From Podarcis cretensis (lineage: Eukaryota), in NCBI GenBank assembly GCA_951804945.1, contig OX638150.1, positions 49,290,001 to 49,354,000 on the forward strand: DNA of 64,000 nucleotides, read 5' to 3'. The notes beneath the pieces were generated by a model that saw only the letters and a list, made by a program, of their open reading frames with translations, was not told where the DNA came from and ran no database searches. The number at the start of each line of letters is the position of its first letter. Position 1 is the stretch's first letter. This document shows positions 25,701-34,274 of the stretch, in pieces. A program made the translations under genes and the position numbers.

Positions 25701-28700
25701 TAAAAAATGTTACCACATTGTGTGGTAAGTTCTTAATTTGATTCTCGGCTATAGACAAGAGGGCTTCCTGTGGCCTGCTATGAATACATTGCTTTGCTAT
25801 CTTGCAATGTATTGTATCTTGCAACATTCAGAGAACACTTTTGCTCAGAATGCTTGTATCCTTGGTCATGGCAAAATTAACCAATGAAAACAAGGCCTAT
25901 GTCATTACTCCAGAATCGGTGCCAGTTTGCTTGGGGTAATGCTTTACACAATTCTTTCTGATCCAATATTATGCTTTCCTTTTGCAAGCAGAACATTGAC
26001 TTAGGAATTGTAGATATATGAAAGTTACAAAAAATGTTTTTTGGATCTGGATGTTGAAATTTCTTGCAGTTGCTCTGAGTAAACAGAACAAATATGTAGT
26101 TAAACTGTGAAATCTTAAGATTTTGCAATGGTGATCCAAAATGCATTTTCTTTTAATGAAAAAGGAATGAATATAGATAAGGGTGGAGGTCAATCAAACC
26201 TATTTGACCAAAACAATTGTGTGTTTTGTTTCATTTTTTTTACTCTAGAGTTAATGAGAGATTCGTTCAATCTCAAGAAGGCTCCAGGGGATGTAATTTC
26301 ATACAACTTAAGTAGCAGAGGGTCTTCTGAGTGTGAAACCTCTTGTATGCTATCTCAGAAAAAGGAAGAGACAAAACTAAGTGAGGATGCTCTGAAAACC
26401 ACACTTCAGGCCGTATCAGTGAACAAAGTTCCCCTTTCTGCAATTGAACAGAGAAGTGATCAACCTGAAAGGAAGAAGGTTAAAATCAAGGAGGAAGAAC
26501 TGGATAGGACAGCTATAAATATGAAAGATAAGAATGAAATTGGACCCTCCCTCTCTACCAGGTCAGTGTCTTCTAATATGTATGAGCAAGGCAATCAGCA
26601 CAGACCTGCATCACTTTTTTTCCGCTGCATGAACTTTGCTATCCATTTCTTCATTTACTTTCTCAGTGTTGCATGCAGTGTCGTCCCTCAGTTTCAGCTA
26701 CCTAGTTTGAAATTTTCAAAACTGTTTAAAAAGATCAAAATTACAGAGAATCGAAAGGACTCTTAAATCATGGACTGATTTAAAACTAAAATGTTCTTTC
26801 ACTTTGAAAAATCACTGCAATAATCTTGTGCTTGCACTATATTTTCCCTCTGCGTTGGCAGTTGTGTAATTCACACTATTGTACTTTCCAGCTTATTTTT
26901 CAATTTGCATACGATCTCTGCAAAAATTTGCAATATTAACTTCATGATGAAAATGCCTGAAAAACCATTGTTAGCTTTCAGAATAAATTTTAAACTTAAA
27001 GCCCCAAGGTTTTTAATAAGTGGATATAGAAATTTAGTGTTGAAATGGGTGGGGAAACTAGGTAACTAGGTGAGCTTTTCCTTATATGGAAGGCCATTAT
27101 ATGGCTATTAAACTCCCAGGAGTTTTTTATTTTTTGTGTTAATGTAATTACAGATTATATTTTGCTTTGATGTTTCTTCACCCCCACACCCAAGTTGTAT
27201 TTTCTAATTGATATATATTTCTGTTTTTATGCTCTTGGGAGAATTAGCAGTGAAGGTCTGACTTGTCCAGATACAGTACGTAACTTGTCTCAGACATTCA
27301 AGTTCAGTGGTACCTTGGTTGTTGAACGGCTTGGCTCCTGAACAAATCAGCTCCTGAACGCCGCAAACCCAGAAGTGTTCCGGTTTGCAAACTTTTTTTG
27401 GAAGCTGGACGTCCGACACGGCTTCCGCGGCTTCCGACTGAGTGCAGGAAGCTGCTGCAGCCAATTGGAAGCCACACCTTGGTTTTCGAATGGTTCTGGG
27501 AGTCGAATAGACTCCCGGAACGGATTAAGTTCGACAACCAAGGTACCACTGTACAAGATTGCTTAGACCAGGTGTGACAAACCTTTTATATCCAGAGAGC
27601 TGCATTGAGGATTGGCCAACCCTACAAGGGTTGTATGTCAGCCAGTGATAGGTCTGGCCAATGTACACTTACACTTGTGTGCATACAGCATGCATGCACA
27701 CACCACACCCAGTGCACCTTTCTATCCCAGTGCTCCAATGGGGGTGAAAGCCCAGAACGGAGCATCTTTTTTAATTTTTGAAAAGCGGCGTTTCTCCTTC
27801 TGGTTTGGTGCCATTGTAAGAAGGTCATAGGAGCCCGGGAAATCAGGAAGGAGCTCTCTTCCCACTTTACTTGCGCATCACTTCAAGCACCATGCCAGAA
27901 GGAGAAGACATTTTTCAAAGTTCAAAAGATGGATCCTGATTTTGGAGGATAGTGGCAGGCCAATAAAAATGGTTTCACAGTCTAGGACTGGCCTGCAGGC
28001 TATAGCTTTGCCATCCCTGGCATAGACAGTTTCAGGATTTTTTTAATTGCTAGGTAAAATTTGCTTGGATAGCTGTGATCAGTGGTTGTAGTAATCAGTG
28101 TTTTTTTGTTTTTTTAAATTGACTAACAGTATGATCTATGCATTTTTACTCAGAAGTAAGTCATACTGACTTCAGTGGGACTTATTCCCAAGTAAGTGTG
28201 AATAAAGGTAAAGGGACCCCTGACCATTAGGTCCAGTCGTAACTGACTCTGGGGTTGCGGCGTTCATCTCGCTTTATTGGCCGAGGGAGCCGGCGTATAG
28301 CTTCTGAGTCATGTGGCCAGCATGACTAAGCTGCTTCTGGCAAACCAGAGCAGCACACGGAAATGCCGTTTACCTTCCTGCCGGAGCGGTACCTATTTAT
28401 CTACTTGCACTTTGACGTGCTTTCGAACTGCTAGGTTGGCAGGAGCAGGGACCAAGCAACGGGAGCTCAGCCCATCGCGGGGATTCGAACCGCCAACCTT
28501 CTGAAAGGCAGGTCCTAGGCTCTATGGTTTAACCCACAGCGCCACCCGTGTCCCTAAGTAAGTGTGAATAGTATTGCACAAATCTTACGCAAGCAATCCT
28601 GTAAAACCAAGTTATTGCATGCTTATATTGTCCAGCATAGTAATTTAGGAAAAGGGAAAGAAACAGTTTGATATTAGTGACTTGATAAAAGTGTGTGTGT

Positions 28701-31414
28701 TTGTAGAAAGTGAGGTAGTTAGGTGGGAGCTAGAAATTGAGACTGCCTAATAGGATTAGTAGGAGAATATTAGGGCATTGGTGTTCTGTAGGTGGTTACA
28801 TTTACTACATAAGTGGCGGTGTAGGGGGGGGACACTGGTGAGGCTTTTTGTCTTGTGTATTTGACATGGTATGTGTTATTTGATCTCGTGCACTTGTAAT
28901 TATTATGCTCTCCTGGAGACTACATACACTACTTTAGAATTCTTTTCCAGGGGTAAGGAAAATGACTACCAACAAATCCAGATAAGGCAAAAAATGTCAA
29001 ACATATAGCCAGGCTTGGGGTGGAATAAAGAATTGCAGTGCTGAGGTTAATGCACATTTGGTCCCATTGCATGGGGCATTATTGCACTTGCAATACAGTC
29101 CGAAGCAAAAATTCCGTGACTTAAATTAATGTGCAAATAGCTGATTGACTTGGGCAGGTAGTACTAGAAAAATAATCCTTGTTGCATTTTTTGTGTTGTG
29201 TTGTGTTGGCCTTTTTTCAGATTTCTACCGCCTCCCTCCTCCCAAAAAAAACCTAGGGAAAGCCCTGGAAATACATGTGCGAGTATTTTCAAAATGAAAA
29301 CCTACTAATGGCAGGTCTATGTGAGGGGTTGCTTATACAGCCAGCCATGGGACTAAGTTATGAACCATCCTGAGACCTGCAGGTATAGGGTGGTGGTATA
29401 ATAATAAAAATACTAATTTAATAATAATAATAATTTTAAGGGCGTTCTATATTCAAAATGATCAGCTAAAAAGATGAAGCATGTAGACACAGGGTTGGGG
29501 TTAAGATGTTATGATATGCTTAAGATGTTGAATCTGATGGATATTAGTCATGTGAAGAAGGTAGTTGGGTGTGGAAGGTTTGGCACATTAAATAGAAGGG
29601 ATATTTGGTCAGAGGAGATAATAATTAGTGAGATTACAAAGGAGGGATTTAACTTTAAAGAGAAGGTGTTGAAAGGCATGTAGTTGTTTCTGAGAGATGG
29701 AAGTCTTGCATGTCAAGTTGGGGTAGAACTTGTGAAAATGTGGGGCCAAAAGACTTTATTTAGTTGTATGCAGGTACAAGTTTGTTTTATTCTTCTCTGT
29801 CTTTTGAATTGGCAATTTAAGGATTCAACACTACACTGCTATTTCTTTGCCTGTTTGTGCATTGTGGAGGTGGACGTCTGCACGAAAGACACAGATAGTT
29901 AAGAATTTGAAAGTTGATCCTACTGGAGAATTGGAAAGAACAAGAAGACAGTTAGCCAACAGTTTAAAAATTAACAATTTCCACTAAAGACAAAGTTCCT
30001 TCAGTAGCGTGAATAGATAAATTTTGCCAAGTGAAAAATTAGTAGATTGGCTTAACTAAAGTTCAGTATATTTAAATTATTGTAAGAAAGAGGGCAGGGT
30101 GGTGGGATTCCCACTCTTCACTTTCCAGCCAGCCCAGTACCCACCAAGGCTAAAAGAATATCTCTAAGTCTTCAATTAAAGAATAAAATAAAATCTGTAG
30201 GGACAATGGACATTGGCAAATGCCAGGTTGTTGTTTTTTTTTTTGGGGGGGGGGGGAGATTGTTGGTGCCATGCACCCACATCTGCCATCCTAGGGACCC
30301 CAGATGTATGCAAATCAGCCATACCCTAAATGAGCAGCATATCGCACCACATGGATGAGGTCCCCACAATGCTGACTGTAGATGTCAAGGGCATCTGAGA
30401 ACAAGTGTTCTTGTATTGCCAAGCACTACTTTTGACAGGATGATTTCAAGATCCTCACTTCATCCTACCACTCTGATGTGGGGGGAGGGTAAGCCACTGA
30501 ATTTTTCTTTCTTCATTCGTTCTCCTGTCACAGACAAGCGGAGGATACAAAGGCCCCAAAGTGCTAGAACTAAGACTCTTGGTATGTGCCATTTGCAGGT
30601 GGTGTTTGGGGCATGCTGTTGACAGTTGGCAATCTAAATTGGGGCTATTGTACATGTTTTCTATTTTGACACGATGTGCAAACACTCTATAGTGTTGTAT
30701 TCTGTCTATTATGAATGTTTTTTTAAGCCTAAAATGAGACCACCATTTTCCTTCCACTTTATGACAGCTTCCTTGTCTATTCACCTAGAAGCAATTCTTG
30801 TATGTCGAAGATGAATGGCTATTTTAACCTTTATGCTGCCTGAAGTCCCTGTGGTATTCTGACTTGAAACAGTTTAATTCCCAATTTTTGCACTAGTCAA
30901 GCTAGAAAAAGATTTCTTGCTTGTGTACCAAATGTACAAACAGTACTGCTTAATATGCTTATTCCAGCAGCTGGTAAACCTGGTGAGGAGATTAACACTA
31001 AACTTCTGATTGTACCTAACACATAATGTAATTTTGTTCTTTTTAGTAAACTTTTGTTGTCTCCATGGCTTCTTGTATGTCTGCTTTTTACATTTTTGGC
31101 ATGGCTTGATTTAAAAGTGTTCAGAAGCTAATAGTGCCTGTGAACAAGGAAACAATAACTTAATTATATGGTATTTAACATGTTTTGGGTAGTAGTTTGT
31201 TAACTTCAGTGTTCATTATTAAAATTTAGAGTGAAACGAGAGTGGTTGCTTTACCTATAGGTTAACATCTGACCCTGGAATAAAGACAGAAGAAAACTAC
31301 ACTGTTGCAGCTGAACAGACAAGAAAACATGAGAAGAGAAGCCACAAGAAAACATACCCCATAATGTTTATGGCTCCCAAACAAGATCCTGAAACTCAGT
31401 GTACTCAACAATAA
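15479..31414 (+). CDS. SPDL1: Spindly (spindle apparatus coiled-coil protein 1), complete spliced CDS, 11 coding exons, 599 aa
   Basis: Exons 15479-15643, 17097-17273, 17806-18000, 18241-18390, 18831-18929, 20366-20476, 21349-21489, 22793-22899, 23725-23912, 26249-26561 and 31261-31414 join in frame through GT-AG introns (1800 nt). The translation matches human Spindly as recalled: LKEAEEERRKAAQYG, EQEKYTLQREVELK, SKGNSLFAEVEDRR, YYTDLLQMKL, QRMKALFESQR, PETQCTQQ*. Confidence 0.97.
17097..17273 (+). CDS. SPDL1: SPDL1 coding exon 2 (NFEQEKYTLQREVELK...ELKNK)
   Basis: TTTTTCAG acceptor, AAG|GTTGGT donor, 177 nt. Confidence 0.95.
17806..18000 (+). CDS. SPDL1: SPDL1 coding exon 3 (MEKLKSELEE...LEQAK)
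   Basis: TTTTGAAG acceptor, AAG|GTATGC donor, 195 nt. Confidence 0.93.
18241..18390 (+). CDS. SPDL1: SPDL1 coding exon 4 (ADLEDRLHDLQY...SYCNALE)
   Basis: GATAG acceptor, GAG|GTGACG donor, 150 nt. Confidence 0.93.
18831..18929 (+). CDS. SPDL1: SPDL1 coding exon 5 (KAHEVN...SKGNSLFAE), Spindly motif
   Basis: TTTTAG acceptor, GAG|GTACTC donor, 99 nt; GNSLFAE motif. Confidence 0.96.
19698..19738. repeat. (TTA)n microsatellite
   Basis: Read directly, about 13 units. Confidence 0.95.
19949..20161. mobile_element. Tigger/pogo-like MITE, family A
   Basis: TIRs CAGTGGTACCTCGGGTTA...TAACCCGAGGTACCACTG, TA TSD. Confidence 0.9.
20366..20476 (+). CDS. SPDL1: SPDL1 coding exon 6 (VEDRRAEMERQLISMKVKYQ...QRLK)
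   Basis: TGTAG acceptor, AAG|GTATGA donor, 111 nt. Confidence 0.95.
21349..21489 (+). CDS. SPDL1: SPDL1 coding exon 7 (LQMAALLRMKGSQ...LEKPM)
   Basis: TTGTAG acceptor, ATG|GTATAT donor, 141 nt. Confidence 0.92.
21727..21939. mobile_element. Tigger/pogo-like MITE, family A
   Basis: Same TIRs and core, TA TSD. Confidence 0.9.
22793..22899 (+). CDS. SPDL1: SPDL1 coding exon 8 (KSENSK...YYTDLLQMKLENS)
   Basis: CTTCCCAG acceptor, GA|GTAAGT donor, 107 nt. Confidence 0.93.
22973..23202 (+). mobile_element. Squam3/MIR-like SINE
   Basis: TGGTCTAGTGGTT...GTTCAAATC...GGGTGATCTTGGGTCAGTCA...CTCACAGGG followed by an AATAAA-rich tail. Confidence 0.7.
23725..23912 (+). CDS. SPDL1: SPDL1 coding exon 9 (KEIENLKSELSLQRMKALFESQR...KYQPE)
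   Basis: TTTTGCAG acceptor, AAG|GTAACA donor, 188 nt. Confidence 0.95.
25201..25556. mobile_element. Tigger/pogo-like MITE, family B
   Basis: Same TIRs as 11830-12137, TA TSD. Confidence 0.9.
26249..26561 (+). CDS. SPDL1: SPDL1 coding exon 10 (poorly conserved, probably disordered C-terminal region)
   Basis: Polypyrimidine tract plus TAG acceptor, CAG|GTCAGT donor, 313 nt; phases match both neighbouring exons. Confidence 0.9.
27305..27551. mobile_element. Tigger/pogo-like MITE, family C
   Basis: TIRs CAGTGGTACCTTGGTTGT...ACAACCAAGGTACCACTG; right flank TA, left flank TT. Confidence 0.88.
27569..28019. mobile_element. hAT (Charlie-like) non-autonomous element
   Basis: Ends CAGGTGTGACAAA...TTTGCCATCCCTG; 8-bp flanks GCTTAGAC and GCATAGAC (7/8 match); internal inverted repeats. 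Confidence 0.6.
28205..28555 (-). mobile_element. Sauria SINE, full length
   Basis: Typical body and (ACCTTT)n tail on the - strand; perfect 15-bp TSD AAGTAAGTGTGAATA at 28190-28204 and 28556-28570. Confidence 0.92.
31261..31414 (+). CDS. SPDL1: SPDL1 last coding exon ending in CAAX box CTQQ*
   Basis: CTATAG acceptor; translation ...KKTYPIMFMAPKQDPETQCTQQ* versus human ...PETQCPQQ as recalled. Confidence 0.95.
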
Positions 31415-31888
31415 ATCGAATAGCCTTTTCTGTTACTGAGGTATTTAAGTGTACAGCAATCTACTAGAACATTTGGTTATCTTCTTCAGTGCCTTTTATT
31501 AAAAACTCAGACTTCATATAGGCAACTTTTATCATGTTGCCTTAGCTGAGTAGATATGCAAAACAGAAACTAAATTCTTCAGATTCTACTACAGGAGCTG
31601 TGTGATATACCCCAAAAGCTGTTGCTCTAGAAGAAGTAAAATAAGCACATCAACTGGATGGTTAATAAAGTGTAATAGTTTCAGGTACCTGTTAAAATGT
31701 GACATTAATTGCACACTGGGCTGGCAAGTTTATTCTTATGAGGCAAAATGTAGATTAGTGGTTCTCTTGCCTCCTTAACTACATTTCTGATCTTTTCGGA
31801 TGTACTAATGTTATGAAAGATTGACCATGTTTGACTTAAATAATTTTTTTGAGTTATTGTATTCAATTTGTAATCTTGATTCTTTATT

Positions 31889-31922
31889 AATAAATTCTAT
31901 ACCTTTAGGTGTGTGGTTTTTT
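31889..31922 (+). terminator. SPDL1: SPDL1 polyadenylation signal with GT-rich downstream element
   Basis: AATAAA at 31889-31894 followed by GGTGTGTGGTTTTTTT; further AATAAA at 31664-31669 and 31410-31415. Confidence 0.65.
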
Positions 31923-32600
31923 TAAAAAATGAAAGCTTAAAGGTGAAATGCAACCCATCTTTCTGATTCTTCTGTCAGTCAAATTGTTCTGTCATACTAA
32001 AACCAAGCTCCAGCCATAGCTCAGTTTTTAAAATACTGTATTGTATATCTCAGATTGAACCGTATGCTTAATTCATAGTCTCACTGTGGATACATTTTTC
32101 AGAGTGAGCTATATACAATGATACAAGTTTCAGTCTTCCTAATTAATACTAAGTAATACTAATTCGAGTATACCACTATTGTATCCGGTAAGCAAAAAGA
32201 CTTCTGCTTGTACAATGGGACTTTACCTCCTCTCCTCCCCCTGCATTTGCCCCTCATCTTCAAATCTGCTCCAGATGGTTGGGGGACACTCTGCAACTGA
32301 TTTAGTTGTGATGGGAGGTGGAGACCTTTACTGTGCAAGAGAAATCCTTGTGCTGATGGAAGAAGAGACATAAGGCTACATTGAATTTCACTCCTGGCAT
32401 CTATCCTTATGTAGCCATACCAGGCCACGCATGAAGAAGGGAGTTAGCAAAAAAAACCACCAAAGAATATTTAGGGGAAAACTCTAAAGGGCAGGAGGAG
32501 AAAACAGCTATGCAATAACCTAGTTGCCCAGAATGTTCAGAGAATGACAAAAAGAAGAAATTTGGCAACTGTGTGGGAGAATGACAGAATGACTAGAAGA

Positions 32601-32806
32601 AACAACAACAACAACAACAACAATTTATTATTTGTACCCCGCCTATCTGGCTGGGTTTCCCCAGCCACTCTGGGTGGCTTCCACAGAGACCAAAAATACA
32701 CTAAAATGTCACACATTAAAAACTTCCCTGAACAGGGCTGCCTTAAGATGTCTTCTGAATGTCAGGTAGTTGTTTATCGCTTTGACATCTGATGGGAGGG
32801 CGTTCC
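32601..32806 (-). mobile_element. L2-type LINE 3' fragment with a (TTG)n tail
   Basis: (CAA)n then TTTATTATTTGTACCCCGCC...CCCCAGCCACTCTGGG...GGGAGGGCGTTCCA, the reverse strand of an L2 3' end. Confidence 0.7.
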
Positions 32807-32901
32807 AAAGTAACGTTTTGGTGTGGATCAGAAAGGGACTTGTTGAAACAATCTCATTGTTTCAACAAGTCCCTTTCTGGACCACACCAAAACGTTACTT
32901 T
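32807..32901. repeat. Near-perfect inverted repeat (46-bp arms, 2 mismatches, 3-nt loop)
   Basis: AAAGTAACGTTTTGGTGTGGATCAGAAAGGGACTTGTTGAAACAAT-CTC-ATTGTTTCAACAAGTCCCTTTCTGGACCACACCAAAACGTTACTTT. Confidence 0.95.
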
Positions 32902-34051
32902 AATGTGTCCTGACAAACAGAAGGCAGCTGCCCATCTACTCCAGTGTTGAAATTAAATAAGACAGCAAGTGTATCCACACCGTGAAAACCTCCAAAATAA
33001 GAGAGGAGTAGTGACCTAAACGGTCAAATCAGATATAAGTTTGCTCTGTGAGCACAGAATGGCTCATTGCAGGCAGGGGAGAAGGAAGACTGGCAGTACA
33101 GCTGGAACTGAAGAGTAGTAGTCCATCCTGCAGCATGGGTGAAGCAGACTGCTGTGTAACAACACCAGGCTCTCTTAAGCACAGATACTACTGTTTGTTC
33201 ATGATGCTGTATCTTTAATACTGAATAAAGCTAAAGCATTCTATTGTTCAGACCCTCCTTGTTCAGATCCTGTAGTTCCCACTCTCTTTGATAGGGTCTT
33301 GGTTTTATCATGGCTGCAGTCCTCATTTTATCCTTTTCCCAGTGGTGTCTCAATGTTCCTCTGCCTCCACATTTCCGACCTGGTCAGGCTAATGGAATAA
33401 CAGCGAAACTGCTGCATGGCCTTTCCCCAACAATACATGTTTCTCGGTATAAAATGGAAAAATACAAATCCTGCCAGGCATGGGGAAAAGTATATTTTTG
33501 TCTTTTATGGCTGAAGAATGAACATTTGGGAAAGCATCACAACGGGAGAAGTAAGGCATCTCTTGTACATAACCTTTTCCCTAAAATCTTCAAGTCTTAT
33601 ACTGTAGAGTTAACCATGTGGTATGCAAAATAAGGCTAGTACAAAGCCCACAAGCTGTTTAAAAACAATAGAAGGACAACTAAACAGAATCTTGTTTAAA
33701 AGCAGGCCAACAATATAATGTAATATGTACCCGTTTTTCAGCTGGTGGCGACAGGGATGGGTAGGTGTTGCTCCTAAAACAGTGCTGTAATACATGTCGC
33801 CATTAAAAAGGATGGAACATGAAGCGGCACCTCATTAACTGATCTTACCATCTTGGGAGGAACACATGGTGTCTAGAAGCTGTGTGATTTGCTTAGCATG
33901 TAGTGGTGGTAGTAACCATAGTCCCCTTACGTTCCTATTTGCTTGTGTTTGCTGTCATTGCCCTGTCAGCAAGGCGCCCGGTGTTGTCCCTCCTCTACAT
34001 AGAAGCATCACTTTCATTTAGCGTAAGAGCCTCGTTGAGGACACTGCACAG

Positions 34052-34068
34052 AAAAAGAGGAAGGAAGC
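34052..34068 (+). promoter_or_regulatory. DOCK2: PU.1/ETS-like box in the DOCK2 proximal promoter
   Basis: AAAAAGAGGAAGGAAGC about 170 nt upstream of the ATG; resembles the PU.1 consensus AAAGAGGAAGTG. DOCK2 is haematopoietic. Confidence 0.5.
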
Positions 34069-34234
34069 TGAGGGATTGTGAGAAGAGCAAAGCTCCCTGC
34101 TGCAACTGCAGCAGTAGACAAACTTGCCTTGCAATTCACTTGACTCCATCCTTGAACATTACTGGGATTTTATCCGGTACCAAACAGCTGTTCTCCTGAA
34201 TCAAGGCTACCCTAGCCTGCTGGACTTGTTGGCT

Positions 34235-34274
34235 ATGACTCCTTGGCAAAAAACTGATAAGAAGATTGGAGTGG
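34235..34274 (+). CDS. DOCK2: DOCK2 exon 1 ([13 protein letters not shown])
   Basis: Resembles human MAPWRKADKERHGV; donor TGG|GTATGT, phase 1. Confidence 0.92.

Noticed and set aside
26128-26766. 212-aa ORF as a stand-alone gene
   Set aside because: Its middle is SPDL1 coding exon 10 and the flanks are intron read-through.
29474-29902. Two consecutive purine-rich ORFs in the last SPDL1 intron
   Set aside because: No recognisable protein or splice structure; possibly an old repeat that I could not assign.
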